Source: the human T2T-CHM13v2.0 reference genome, Homo sapiens. Taken from it: a stretch of 64,000 nt of DNA. Within the stretch, counting starts at the first letter, position 1; the number at the start of each line of letters is the position of its first letter. Under the pieces are notes generated by a model. The model saw only the letters and a program-made list of their open reading frames with translations, ran no database searches and was not told the DNA's origin. A program made the position numbers and the translations under genes. Shown here piece after piece: positions 41,791-60,797 of the stretch. The stretch is taken from assembly GCF_009914755.1 (NCBI RefSeq), contig NC_060932.1. The stretch is one strand, 5' to 3'.

Positions 41791-42923
41791 AGAATGAGCC
41801 CCATATCAGATAGCAGCCTGTGCCCAGAGCGCAGGTGAAGTCTCCCATTTGCCGCCCCTCAGCAGGTGCATCCTAGGCCAGTGACTTGACTTTAGACTCA
41901 GAAAAAAACAGCATCTGATTGGGAGGGATCCAGCTGGGAGAAAGCAGTCTCCCGGGTTGAATCCGCCGGCTCTGAAGGTGGCAGTGGGGAGAAGGGAAAT
42001 AAATGCCCTTTGGCGACTTGTCCTGCTAATAGCGTTTTTCCTTTCCTGGTTTTATCATGCCACACCATCAGTTTGAGTTGCTGATTATTTCTCTGGAAAT
42101 AGGATAGGCAATCATTTTACAAGGCAATATGGGGCAAGTAAATCCTGAAGCAGAAGATTTTTCTCCAGCCTTGACACAGTCCTCAGGCAGCTACAGAGCC
42201 CAAATCTGTTCCTCAAATCTACAGGGCTCTGCAAGCCCTGATGATTTACCTTTGTGACAGGTGACAGACACTCAGGAAGTTCATAATAGGGAAGGAGGCA
42301 GAGTGATTAACATCAGCAGCAAAGTACAGTAAAGCATCCATTTCTTTTTTAAAATGTCATACTTTCTTTTAATTAACAACTTGATGCCTTGTAGAATTTT
42401 TAGGTTCAGAAGCTAGCAAGTACAGCTATGAATGCTACAATTCAAGGAATCACAGTGTGTTTCCACAATCATTTTTCCATACCAGCCAATACACTATGAT
42501 CTTGGACTTTTTTGGCATCACAATCATTAGGAGGTTCAAGTCTTTTCGTAGAGTATCAACAGTATGAAAGAAAGGGACCTCAAAGCTAAAATCCCTGAAT
42601 TAAAGTCCTACTTCCAGTGCTTGTTAAATGTGATCCTGGTCACACTGTTTTTATTTTTGGTGGAAGTTGTAAATGAAATGCTTACACAGGGAATTAGTAC
42701 TGAATATGGTTAGCATTATCTCACCTGGGAAGTCAGGAGCAAAAGTAATGTCATCAGGCTCAGATTTGGAATGCATTCTCTGGGATGAAGACGGTGGAAG
42801 ATAGTTTCTTCTATTCTGTAAAAGTTTTTATTTTTCTTTGCAGTGTTTTTTTTTAAAATCACAGTTTCTTGTGATTAGACAAAACTGTTGAATGTTGAAA
42901 CACAACGATTAGGACTTAATTTC

Positions 42924-43221
<298 letters not shown>

Positions 43222-43789
43222 AGGACTTAACTTCTAATGTGCTCATAGTAAAGCAAATCAACCAACGTGGAGTTGAGCCCAAAATTGTGTTGAAGCAATT
43301 CTGAGAAATATGTGGCAGGACAAGCAGACCCTCCTTGTGAGTACAGATTCTAGGAAATTATGACGACGCTGAGTGCAGGTCGTCAGCTGCCCTGTTTTGG
43401 TGCATGACTGCCTTATCTACAGGATAGTATGGAACCTGGTGGATGTAGGGTGCGAGTCAGCCAACAGCTGTTCCAATCTTCCAGTGGGCCTTATCTTAGC
43501 AGAGAGTGCAAAATACTTCTTGCACGTGGTTTCAGTTTCATCAGTGATTTGATCTGTAGGGAATATTGATTCTGAAGTGAATGACATGGATAAAGAAACA
43601 AAATTAGGGAACCTGTATTGTGGGTGTGGATTTTAGCAAGCATTTGGGCGCTAATAGGATGATAGGCAAGGAGTGCAATTAGCTATTTGTATCATTCCCC
43701 CAACAAATTGGTTTTCTTTTGAGAGTCTGAATAATATAAATGCTTACCTTCATGTGCCTACCTGGTTGTTTTAGAAAGGTGTATGTGAC

Positions 43790-44035
43790 ATAATAACAGC
43801 AAATATTTTCTTAGCCCCTGCTTCCTGCCAGACATTGTACTAAGCACTTTGCATATAATGACTCACTGAGTCCTCAAACAACTCTGTGAATTAATTCCCG
43901 TTAGTATCTCCACTTTACACTGAAAAAACAAGGCATCAAAATGAAAATAATTTTCCAAGGGTCGCATTGAGCAAGTGCTGGAAGTGGAAGTGGGACTTTA
44001 TCTCAGGCAGTTTAGCTCTGAAGTCTCCTCACTTA
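43790..44035 (-). mobile_element. MIR (near full length)
   Basis: ataataacagcaaatattt, tgccagacattgtactaagcactttgcatat, tcctcaaacaactctgtga, ccaagggtcgca. Confidence 0.8.
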
Positions 44036-45029
44036 AGCTCCTGAAGACTATGACATCAGAAAATCCAAGGTCACAATGACTTGAGCTGTGGAGAAAGTAA
44101 ATCATCATAGAAACAGACGTTGATTCCTTGGGTTGTAGCATTAATACTCGAAACTCAATCCCCAGACTTGGGCTAAAATGAAAAGTGTAGCAAGCAGAAA
44201 TCTTCTCTGTGTGGAAAGATGTGTACTTGTAATTCTCTGCTCTCTCTTAAAATCTGGCCTGTTCCATCCAGGCGCTTACTGAACAAAATGCCATCTACAC
44301 CAGGGATGCCCTTCCTCAACTCTAGTCAATTTAGTCACCAGAAGCACAAGAGGAGCAAGGATTGGAAGCATTTGAGCAAGGATACCTCAACTGATGACAG
44401 ACACTAGAAAGGCAATTTCAGAATGAATCACGATAAATGAAAACCAAATAGGCCTCTGTGAAGGGAAGGGGAATGATCCATGCAATATTTATACATGTGT
44501 CAGTGATATTTGCAGCAAACTAGGGCTAAAAAAAGTAAAACAAACCAAAAAAACCCTCTAAGTATAAAAAGAATAAATTTGATGTAAATAAATTGTTGAC
44601 TTTGTTCTTCACAGTGGCTACCACTATGAATCCAGTGTACAAATCTTAATTTATTCCCCTAAATCAGAGAAGGGGCTTATGTTATAAATCAAAGGAGGGG
44701 CTCATTCATTGTCTTTTGATTTTTTATTTTAAGCATTAAAACTTTCTCTAACATCATGGCTTGCTTTGAGGTATACTGATGGAATACTTCATGAAAAAAA
44801 CAATATGTTATCAAGTCCTTCTCAAGATTAAAAACTAGAAGTTTAAAGGAGGTAACATACATCTTATAGCCATGTGCCCAGGATCAGACAATTAATAATG
44901 AAGTTTAGAGTTTTCTCATTTATCTGTAATTCCCAGAAATTTAAGTGATATTTTGCTATAATAATGTGGCTGAAATCTCTCTTTTTCCTAAGAAAACTGA
45001 ATTCCTTTCACTGTGATTTTTAAACATAA

Positions 45030-47232
45030 TTTAATATTTAAAACTGTTTTAGATTTAAAGAAAAATTGAAAAGATAACACAAAGAGTTTCCACACATTCC
45101 ACACAAAGTTTTCTGTATTATTAACACCTTCTACTAGTACTGGGTATTTGTTACAACTAATGAACCAATATTAGTATGTCATTATTAACTAAAGTCCATG
45201 GCACATTTTTAAAATTTATTTTACTTTTATGGAGCACTTTCTTCCTTTCTAGCGCTGCGTGACACTCCATGATCATCTTGTTTACTTTCTGAGTTCTAGA
45301 ATTAGCCATTTCTCTAAGGAGCCTTGGTTTATTTTACTGAACACTGATACTAGAAATCAGGAACTGGGTGTTATGTGTCCTTGTAGCTCTTGATGTGCTT
45401 TTCTTTTAGACAATCTCAGCAAACATATGTGTGTATATTCATTGGCTTTTAAACAGATATTTATAAATATTTTTGTATATATCCATTTGTATCTATATTC
45501 AGCTAAACATGAATTGATACCAATGACCTCAACTCTCTAATCTATCACCACCTGAATCATTTAGCTTCTTCTTGTCTATAAATTTTCACTTCAATAGTTA
45601 GAAACATGGCTCCCACCATCAAACAGCCATTTACTGATGTATTCAATTCTAGAATACAAGTATAGCAATATGAGGATTTTTAACCCACGTCTCCATGGGC
45701 AACACCTTTATCAAATACAGCACCGTTCTTATGTGCAGTTCTTTTTGCATTTAGCCTTATAGACAATCCTTCTTTCCAGAGTTACTTAGGTCAGCACCTT
45801 TTCTTCCCAACCCCATCAATGAGGTTGTTTCATATATTTGTAATACAGTTAGATTTTCTTATCATGGTCTGAATTCCTTCCTGGGATACCCAATCCTCCT
45901 TTTTTTAAATTTGCATGTATTAATTTTCACTTTATGTTCTGTAAGTTCTATGGTTTTTGACAAATGGGTAGGGCCATGTATCCACAATTACATATCATAC
46001 AGCACAGTGTTAATGTTCTAAATAATCTCCTGTGCTTCCTTCCTCTACTCTCCTGTCCTCCCCTCCTTCCCCTGATCTCTCTTGGAATTACTGCTCTTTG
46101 TATCATCTTTATATCTTTGCTTTTCCAGGGTGTGATATAATTGAAAGCATACAGTATGTAGTCTTTTTCCACTGATTCTTTCACTTAGCAATGTACAGTG
46201 TTTCCTCAGTGCCCTTTTACGGCTTGATAGTGCATTTCTTTTTACTACTGAATACTGTTCTATTGCACAGATGACCCACAGTTTTTTTATCCATTTGCTT
46301 ATTAAAGGACATTTTGATACTTTCCAATTTTTGGCAGCAGAGAATAAGTTGATATAAAGTTATGTGCAGTATTATCTATGGAAATAAGTTTTCATTTAAT
46401 TTGTAAGGAGAGTTAAAGTAAATTTACCCTTTTTCTTCTAAAGGTAAGCATTCCCTCACCTCCCATTCATGGCTTCTTTCAAGACTTTCTCTTTGTTTTG
46501 TTTTTTTTTTTTTACAGTTTGAAAATGTTATGTGTAGGTGAATGTATTTATTTATTATTTTACTATTTATACTGCTCTGTGTTCTCTGTGTATTCTGTTT
46601 TTTTGTTTTGAGTAGCATTAATTTTGGAAAGATCTCAATGACTATTACTTCAAATATTTCTTGGTTTTGTCTCCTTTTTCTTTTGATATTGTCATTACAC
46701 ATATATGACAGCTTTGAAACTGTCCCAAAGTTCTTGGGTACTTCTTCTTTCTCCTCCTTATCCTCTTATTTTTCTCCTTCTTCCTCTTCATTATATATTT
46801 TTTGCTTTTTCCATTTCAGTTGGGAAGTTCCTGTTAACATGCCTTCAAGCTCACTCATTCTTTTCTTTGCCACGTCTAGGATTCTGATGAATCCATCAAA
46901 GGCATGTTTCTGTTTCAGAGTTTTTCAGTTCTAGCATTTTCCTTGAATTTTTCTGAGAGTTTTTATTTACATTACCCATCTGTTCTTCCATGCTGACCAC
47001 TTTTTCCAGAAGTGTTAACTTTAGGGCTCCAGCAGCCCATCCTCCAGGTAAGACAATCTCAGCTGTTTCTCTGTGTTCACCTGTCTCTGCAGATTTCAGG
47101 TGACAGTTTGGCATGAGACTTCAGTTCTTTAATGGGCCCAAGAAAAGCCATTAACTTTCAGTGCATTCATATTTTTTCTTGTTGTAAGGAGTGGAGTAGC
47201 TATTTCTAAGATTTTTTATACATCAGACGTGA
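45030..47232 (-). mobile_element. L1MC-like element: 3' end, then deleted ORF1 and 5' remnants
   Basis: gttttagatttaaagaaaaattgaaaagataacacaaagagtttcc and ttctatggtttttgacaaatg. ORF1-like QEIFEVIVIEIFPKLM at 46424-46702. Confidence 0.75.
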
Positions 47233-47453
47233 AAGAAACATATTGTATTTTTTTTAATAGCAGCATTTCGGCTCCTTACTTAGTGGTTGTTCTTTGTGTG
47301 CAGAAAACCAAGCGAAAAAAATGTGAAACATATACCTTTTATTTGGGCATTTGTAATGGTTCTGAGGAGCTGAAATTGAAGCTTAGTTTCGTATTAATAC
47401 AAAATTTCATCCATTGTACTATTATTGTCATTGCTATGTGGCAGAATTAAATA

Positions 47454-47502
47454 TGTGTGTGTGTGTTTCTGTGTGTGTGTGTTTCTGTGTGTGTGTGTGT
47501 GT
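47454..47502. repeat. Interrupted (TG)n microsatellite
   Basis: TG runs separated by tttc. Confidence 0.9.
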
Positions 47503-48287
47503 TCGTAATAAAATCTTGTTATATTTGTACTGAAGAATAATGTAAGACTTTTAGTATAAAAATAACAATGTAGGATGACTAGAAATAACTGCAACGTCAA
47601 TGCATTTTTTGTAGCAGATCTATATTTTTTCAACCTAAAAGTTATGTTGTTATTGATGAGCTCTGTAAAGGGCAACTCTGCTTTTGTGACCTGTCAGTTT
47701 TATAAGGTGATGAAAAATGCATAATGATACCCCCTGGAAAAATTTAGTAGATACATTTTGTATACAGACATAGAATTTAGTGTAAATTAAACAATTTACT
47801 AATGGACTGAAAAAGGGAATGGGAATGTTTGATTTCCTCAAGTTTTGGTGGCTAAGAGACTAGCCATCTACCTTACAGCCCTCCGAAGATATGTGCCAAG
47901 TAAGATTTATTTTCTTCAAGTGAAGAACTTTTCATTATTTTTCTATTTCATAATATCTCCACTCTACCTAGGTCTGTACTAGATGTATAGTACATATCTT
48001 TTTTTTGTCCAGTAAATATGGCACTGAAATGAATTGTAGTCAACACTCAGTATCTGGGCATGAATTATGTTCCAAGTAGATTATCTTGATCATGATTTTC
48101 TGTCTTTTCCTTGCCAATGTGTCTGTACCTTGCCAGACAATATTTGTCTGGACTAGATATCTTCCAAATAAACTGCAAGTTCATTTTGTATAGCATATTA
48201 ATCTAGGAATTGCATAAATGTAAATTTGTTGAAAATACATCTTTGAAAATAAGTTTATTTAATCTTAAAATAAGATATAAATTTTTT

Positions 48288-52484
<4,197 letters not shown>

Positions 52485-52486
<2 letters not shown>

Positions 52487-53467
52487 CCAAGATGGCCAGA
52501 TAGGAACAGCTCCAGTCTGCAGCTCCCAGCGTGAGCGAAGCAGAAGATGGGTGATTTCTGCATTTCCAAGTGAGGTACCAGGTTCATCTCACTGGGGCTT
52601 GTTGGACAGTGGGTTCAGCCCACGGAGCAGGGCAGGGCATCGCCTCACCTGGGAAGTGCAAGGGGTCTGGGAATTCCCTTTCCTAGCCAAGGGAAGCTGT
52701 GACAGATGGTGCCTGGAAAATCGGTACATTCCCACCACTTTTCCAACAGTCTTAGCAAATGGCGCATCAGGAGATTATATCCTGCACCTGGCTTGGAGGG
52801 TCCCACACCCATGGAGCCTCACTCACTGCTAGCACAACAGTATGAGATCGAACTGCAAGGTGGCAGTGAGGCTGGGGGAGGGGTGCCCGCCATTGCTGAG
52901 GCTTGAGTAGATAAACAAAGTGGCCAGGAAGTTCGAACTGGATGGAGCCCACTGCAGCTCAAGAATGCCTGCCTGCCTCTGTAGACTCCACCTCTGGGGG
53001 CAGGGCATAGCTGAACAAAAGGCAACAGAAACTTCTGCAGATGAAACGTCTCTGTCTGACAGCTTTAAAGAAAGTAGTGGTTCTCCGAGCATGGAGTTTG
53101 AGATCTGAGAATGGACAGACTGCCTCCTCAAGTGGGTCCCTGACCTCTGAGTAGCCTAACTGGGAGACACCTCCCAGTAGGGGCCGACTGACACCTCATA
53201 CAGCCAGGTGCCCCCCTGAGATGAAGCCTCCAGGGGAAGAATCAGGCAGCAACATTTGCCATTCTGCAAGATTTGCTGCTCTGCAGCCTCCGCTGGTGAT
53301 ACCCAGGCAAACAGAGTCTGGAGTGGACCTCCAGCAAACTCCAACAGACCTGCAGCTGAGGGTCCTGACTGTTAGAAGGAAAAATAAGAAACAGAAAGGA
53401 CATCCACACCAAAACCCCATCTGTACGTCACCATCATCAAAGACCAAAGGTAAATAAAACCACAAAG
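52485..53467 (+). promoter_or_regulatory. L1 5'UTR internal promoter region (sense and antisense promoter) with YY1 site
   Basis: caagatggcc YY1 motif at the start. ORF1 ATG (atggggaga) follows at about 53468. Many CpGs have decayed, so activity is uncertain. Confidence 0.65.
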
Positions 53468-54374
53468 ATGGGGAGAAACCAGAGCAGAGAAGCTGAAATT
53501 CTAAAAATCAGAATGCCTCTTCTCCTCCAAAGGAACGTAGCTCCTCACCAGCAATGGAACAAAGCTGGATGGAGAATGACTTTGTTGAGTTGAGAGAAGA
53601 AGACTTTAGATGACTGGTAATAAGAAACTTCTCCGAACTAAAGGAGGATGTATGAATCCATTGCAAAGAAGCTAAAAACCTTGAAAAAATATTAGACGAA
53701 TGGCTAACTAGAATAAACAGTGTAGAGAAGACCTTAAATGAACTCATGGAGCTGAAAACCATGGCACGAGAACTACGTGACGCATGCACAAGCTTTAGTA
53801 GCTGATTTGATCAAGTGGAAGAAGGAGTATCAGTGATTGAAGATCAAATGAATGAAATGAAGTGAGAAGAGAAGTTTAGAGAAAAAAGAGTAAAAAGAAA
53901 CAAACAAAGCCTCCAAGAAATATGGGACTATGTGAAAAGACCAAATCTATGTCTGATTGATGTACCTGAAAGTAACGGGGAGAATGGAACCAAGTTGGAA
54001 AACACTCTTCAGGATATTATCCAGGAGAACTTCCCCAACCTAGCAAGGCAGGCCAACATTCAAATACAGGAAGTACAGAGAACTCCACAAAGATATTCCT
54101 CGAGAAGAGCAACTCCAAGACACATAATTGTCAGATTCACCAAAGTTGAAATGACGGAAAAAATGTTAAGGGCAGCCAGAGAGAAAGGTAGGGTTACCCA
54201 CAAAGGGAAGGCCAGCAGACTAACAGTGGATCTCTCAGCAGAAACTCTACAAGCCAGAAGAGAGTGGGAGCCAATATTCAACATTCTTAAAGACAAGAAT
54301 TTTCAACCCAGAATTTCATATCCAGCCAAACTAAGCTTCATAAGTGAAGGAGAAGTAAATTCCTTTACAGACAA
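52485..54374 (+). mobile_element. L1PA6-like, inverted 5' arm (5'UTR and most of ORF1, disrupted)
   Basis: Starts ttccaagatggcc. ORF1 peptide KRPNL...QENFPNLARQANIQIQE...RISYPAKLSF. TSD aagatataaatttttta (from 48272) / aaaatataaatatttta (from 54373). Confidence 0.95.
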
Positions 54375-55114
54375 AATATAAATATTTTAATGACAATCCC
54401 CTCCTCATTGGTACATAGTTAGATAATGATTAAAACTTAAAGGATTTTCACTGTTGAGTTTGTACCACTCAAGGATTTTGCAGTAGACCAGTAAATTTAA
54501 AAACAAAAACAAAAACAAAAAACATAATTCATGTTATGATACTTTAGTTCTTAGAAATGACAGGTTAAAAAATGTACCATATTAGAAGCTAGACCTAATT
54601 GTACATAGTCACTAATTAGCTTTTCTCTTAGCTAAGTCATGTATCTTTCTAGATATTATTTGTAGTGCAAAATACCCCTGCAATGAGTGTAATTTATGCA
54701 TTGGTAATGTATGATTGCTTCTTTCAAGTCTAATATTTTAGAATCCATGTTGTTAAACAATATTAAGTTGGAATATGGGTGTTACAAATTCAGATCAGAA
54801 ATATGTAATGTAGTATAATCATCCCAAAATATGTTGACTCTAGAGGCTGTGCACAATGGATTTTTTAAAATTACAAATGGTAATATTGAGGTAAAGTACA
54901 TAACTTAGTGTAAAGAAACATGGAAATTTATTGTTTAGTACTATCAAGAGTATATTAAAAGGTCTGCTTAACTTAATGAAAATTATTTTTAATATCTTAA
55001 ATGCACCCTCAGAAACAATAGCTATTATCTGGCTTTTGAAGTGATTTGGTAAGATCTTTGTTATCAGAGAAATATTACATTTCATTTTCTCCATATAATT
55101 ATATTCATTTAATA

Positions 55115-55315
55115 ATAATTGACTAACATTGTTTATGTACTTGGTGCCATGCATTGTGCTAGTTCTTTAATGCATTATCTTTCTTAATCCTGAGAGCAAC
55201 ACTGTAAAGTCAATAATTTTATACTCAGTTGCACCAATGAGATTGCAAGACTATTAGGATCAGTATAAGAATTCTAAGCCAACATGGATTTGATTCAGAA
55301 CTGCTATGTATTGCT
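55115..55315 (-). mobile_element. MIR remnant
   Basis: ctaacattg..tacttggtgccatgcattgtgctag..tgcattatctttcttaatcct. Confidence 0.6.
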
Positions 55316-56149
55316 ACTTCTCAATTAAAACAATTCTAAGAGAAATGAAACAATTATCAATGAACTGAGCCATAAGATTCCACGTCTTATTTTTTTAAAA
55401 GAGAGATATCAAACATTTTTTAAAAATGTTTTATTTTCATAAGAAACATTGCAATTACAAATACAAAATCATTTTGCTTCAGTGAGATCAAAGAAGGTTT
55501 ACATTTGACAGTATCTGACACTCAAGTTTCAAAAGTTATTTTCCTGTTATTCTGTGTTTTCTGAATCTCTAGTATCTGAGTAGACAGTTGTGAGAGAGAT
55601 CAATAGAATTTTTCTCTCAAGGTGTTATTATTTTCTAAAGGAGAAATAGAAAATAAATAAAATAAAAAGACAGGCTGTTATATGTGTTCTGCAGTAATTC
55701 TTGAATTTATTCAGAAATTTCCATAATAATTTTAATGAATTAAATAAATATACTATCACGCATTTTGGCAACATTGAGAATAGCCCCCAAATTTTACATC
55801 TTTCTCTCAAAACTGGTTTTTTTTTCTCTCATTTTCTTCATCAGCGGACTTAATACAAACTCAGCAATTTCTTGTACAGTATCTGTTTTAACTTTCACTG
55901 TGATAATGAGGGAAGTCATTCAAACAAATCAGCTCTGTTGCCTGGGCAACACGTTTCTTTCCTGTGTTCATCCAGTTCCAGATAGGGGTCCATTTTAACC
56001 ATAAGTAAAGCTATGTAGATTATATCCCCTAATGAATGATAGAGATTTTATCAAATGTGAGTAATGAAAATTGCCTCTAGGAGAAATTGCTCTTTATAGA
56101 GCAATTGAGTTTAGGGTTGAGATGCAGGATTACATGAACATAATCTCTC

Positions 56150-56330
56150 CATACCTATTGAACATTCATTAGGAAACATTCTCTGAGCACATAAGTAATG
56201 TGTGATGTATACAGAAAGATACAGATCCATGCTCTCCAAGAATTCATGGTAAGAGGGGGAGATGAGCAAGAAAATAAAAAGGGGAAAGCTGATAATACTT
56301 TCTCATAAGAAAATGATAAGTATTCTGTTT
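56150..56330 (-). mobile_element. L2 3' remnant
   Basis: aaacattctctgagcac...acagatccatgctctccaagaattcatgg. Confidence 0.45.
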
Positions 56331-57234
56331 TCCTATTACAACGGGCCACAGTGGTATGAGACAGTTAATTCTCATCTCTAGCATGTGGTCTACTCACCAA
56401 AGCCATGTCTATATATACTCTGTGGCAGAAAAATTCAAATTCTGAAAGTGCTGTTGAATGGAACAGATCAGACACAGTTTTGTCCATGAGGCAGCAAAAT
56501 TGGCTGAAATTCAAAAGTGCCATTCAGTTTCTTCCAGCAGCTGTGTTGTAAGATCAGACTGACCAATTTGAATAGAAGTTTTGGCTGGAAGTTCTCAGAA
56601 CTATTCTGTGAGAGAACGTGTGGAAGCAACCCCAGAGCAATTGAGACCTGCCTATGCGATGGCAAACAGCATTTTAATGACGCCTCTCCCAATAAACTCC
56701 ATTTGGAAATAACATTTCTTCTGCCTCTAAACTACTCATATTTTATTGCCTGCTATGCATTCCCTTGAGTCTTTGCAGTGTTCACATATATCATCTTCCC
56801 TATGAAAGAGTAGACACACATCATCACTTATCGAAAATTCTCAGACAGGCTTGCTTGTGCATAGGCGGTGTGCCAATAGATATTTCTAGAAGGAAATAAA
56901 TCATCATATATGTGTGGAGGTGGCAAAATCTTAACATCTGAACAGGAATTTCTCAGTGAAGTATTCTGTATAGGAATTTCTTTCATATGGCTCCAGCAAA
57001 CCAAATTATATTCTTGTGAATAATTACTGAGTGATAAAAGCAAACCCAAAAGGAATGAAAGTAGTACTGATAAAATTGACTTAAAAAGTATGTAGGCTAT
57101 GGCATACCACATACCAATTGCTGTGAGGGGGATGTTTTCTGGCATATGAATAAATTCATGTGAGTTGATTTGAAAATAAACTATTTTGTCATCAAAATTT
57201 TGGAAAAAATAAATATGTACTTTATTTTCAATCA

Positions 57235-57773
<539 letters not shown>

Positions 57774-57775
57774 TT

Positions 57776-58143
57776 TGCAGCCATAAAAAATGATGAGTTC
57801 ATGTCCTTTGTAGGGACATGGATGAAATTGGAAATCATCATTCTCAGTAAACTATCACAAGAACAAAAAACCAAACACCGCATATTCTCACTCATAGGTG
57901 GGAATTGAACAATGAGAACACATGGACACAGGAAGGGGAACATCACACTCTGGGGACTGTTGTGGGGTGGGGGGAGGGGGGAGGGATAACATTAGGAGAT
58001 ATACCTAATGCTAAATGACGAGTTAATGGGTGCAGCACACCAGCATGGCACATGTATACATATGTAACTAACCTGCACATTATGCACATGTACCCTAAAA
58101 CCTAAAGTATAATAATAATAAAATAAAAATAAAAATAAAAAAT
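57776..58143 (+). mobile_element. L1PA3-like, 3' arm
   Basis: gctaaatgacgagttaatggg and A tail. Perfect 18-bp TSD gaaaaaaatcaaaatttt (58144-58161). Confidence 0.95.
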
Positions 58144-59073
58144 GAAAAAAATCAAAATTTTATATTCTCTTTATGTTTATGTGGACCAGTAAAATAGTTA
58201 GAAAACCACTTTGGACTGGATGATACAACAGTTTTCACCTACAGGGACACAAGTGTTTGTATTTTCTATGTACTTGGAAAATTGGGGTCAAGAAAATACA
58301 TTTCGTGCACTCATCTACTGTGTTTTATTTTCTGCTCCTGATAATTTCCTTGGTGTTCTTTGTGTAATGTAATTGGCTTGACTTGATTCAATACTAAGCC
58401 TATATCTCTAATAACAGTGTTATTTGGGATCTGGCAAGGCCTTTTCAATTGTCCACCCTAGGGTTGGACACTTAAAATAAAAATAAAAGGGACCTGGCAA
58501 ATAGAGAATAGCCAAGTCAAAAAATTGCAAGTGAGATGGGCTTAACTCCAGTACCCTGACAAAGCTGAGGATACTATAGAATAGTAACATGCTAGAAGCA
58601 AGGGGAAACTGTCTCGCAACTCAGCTACCTGGATGTCTCAAAGAGACCTCATTTGACTTCATTTAGTGGCACGTCCAGTGGCGTTGAAGGCAAAGGCAAA
58701 GAAATCTGTTTTCCTCTTCCAATTCTGAGAATCAAAATGCTGTAGACTGAGTTTGCTTTGCAGGGTGGGTTCTCATCTTGGGCTGACCACCAGATGGCCA
58801 CATGTGCACCAGTCCCGGAAGATCATTCTCCTGGGGCCCTGTCTCCTAGGGCAGGAACCACTCCTTTAATTACAATCGAGTGGATGTCACAAGACAAAAA
58901 CAGAACAATCAGCTGAGACTTTTAGAAGATTACATTCTTCAGGAGATTTTGATGTTTTTATTTTTTTATAATAAAAGTTAAAATATCCATCTGGGAAAAG
59001 TTGTATGAGGAAGAACAAGACATTTTAATATTGGATACCTCAGTTTGAAGTGTGAACAAGGGGCATAGAGAAA

Positions 59074-59204
59074 TGTGTATATAAATATATATATGTGTAT
59101 ATATACTATATATATATACTATATATATTTTATATATATAGTCTATATATATGTAGTCTCTCTATATAATATATATATATAGACTATATATATATAGACT
59201 ATAG
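59074..59204. repeat. Interrupted (TA)n repeat with internal inverted symmetry
   Basis: tatagtctatatatat and its reverse complement atatatatagactata are both present. Confidence 0.9.
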
Positions 59205-60751
59205 GCATAGATGAAAGGTTGAGATTAGTTTAAGATATCCTGACATTTTATTATAATTGTTATTTCAAGTGACAATAATAAGGATCAATTAGGTTTATAA
59301 CAAAGGTGATAAATTATAGCTTAATTTAAAAAATAATTTTAAAAGTATTATCAATCCAGAGAAACTGTTGAACTCTAGGTACTCATCGAATCCAAGCTCT
59401 CTCCTTTCAAAAAGATTATAGGCAGAGACATATCTTCTGAGACTAAAATCCAATCACTTTCAAACTTTCTAGAAAGTTTTCAGAAGGAGATTATGAATTT
59501 AATTAAATTTAATCTCAGCTAACTCTTCACATGGCATCTGCCACATGGATAACAAGGATCAATGCAAAAAACTTCTTATGAGTAATATGCAGTTTAATTG
59601 CAAAACTGAATTAGTGATAACTTTCACTAGAATAGGCTTATTTATGGTAAAATATATTAACAAATCTATCAAGATTTATTGTAAAATCAAGGAATTTTTT
59701 TACAGAAAGCCAGAGAGTGTCTATCTCACTCAGGAGCATGGCTCAGGTGGGTCTTCCCTCCTGAAAAATGTCTGATTCTTTGGTACTGACAGATGGCTTG
59801 GACACCTGTCATTCCAAGGACTGTTTTCAATGGGTCAGCTGATTTGGCTGGCTAGATTGATTTGCTCCTTCTGTATCTTTCCATGTAAGCATCTTTAAAA
59901 GCCACAAAAGGACAGGAACATTTGTAAATGACCTTTTTACATATTGCTGATCTCTTTTCATGTTTTAGTTTTACCTTCCCTCTCATTAATCACTTCTAGT
60001 TCCATGTGTTTTTATCTCTTTGTTTCACATGTTGTCTTTTACTCAACTTCTTTTGAAATGTAGAACTATCTTTTCAGTAAGATAATACATTGCTGAAGGA
60101 AAGAAGTGTCCCACTTATTTTTTCAATAATCACATATTAGGTTGTTATAAGAGTCTGGCATGAGGGAAATAAGTAGACTCCATAAATTTATACTGTTAAG
60201 AGTAGCAACAGACTTAGGGGATGAAAGCAGGTTGCTTCGAATCTATCACATCCTTTTGTTATAAATTACTTAGACAAATTTGCTTTAGATTTTATCTGAA
60301 GGGGTGTATACTAGACAGTATAATTAAAGGAACATTTTTTCTGGGTCTAGAATATGGTAATTACAACTTTGTTGGCAATTAAGAAAAATAACCATGGATC
60401 GTGCTATTTGAATGTTGAATTAGAAATTAAAATTCTTAATGTCTGAGAATTATTTTCATAAGAAGAGGAAAGTTGCTAAAATTTTATGTCAACAATTGCC
60501 CAAAAAGTGTAACTTAGTGAATGATTTTAGAGATTACTGGATGCATTTATTCCAGAATGCATGCCAGAATAGCATTTGGAGAACCATCACTAAGAGGTTT
60601 GTTACATCAGAGACTAGTCAACATACCAGATAGTATCCTGTTAATATTTAACAGAAGTAGAAAACTTATTTATTGAGTTTGGGAGAAAAGCAATTCAAGG
60701 GTAAATTTATAAAATATATATATATTTATAAGTTTATTAGTATTGAAAATT

Positions 60752-60797
60752 AATGAAACAAATGGGCTGACAAACAAATGAAACAAATGGGCTGACA
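60752..60797. repeat. Tandem duplication, 25-bp period
   Basis: aatgaaacaaatgggctgaca occurs at 60752 and 60777. Confidence 0.9.
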
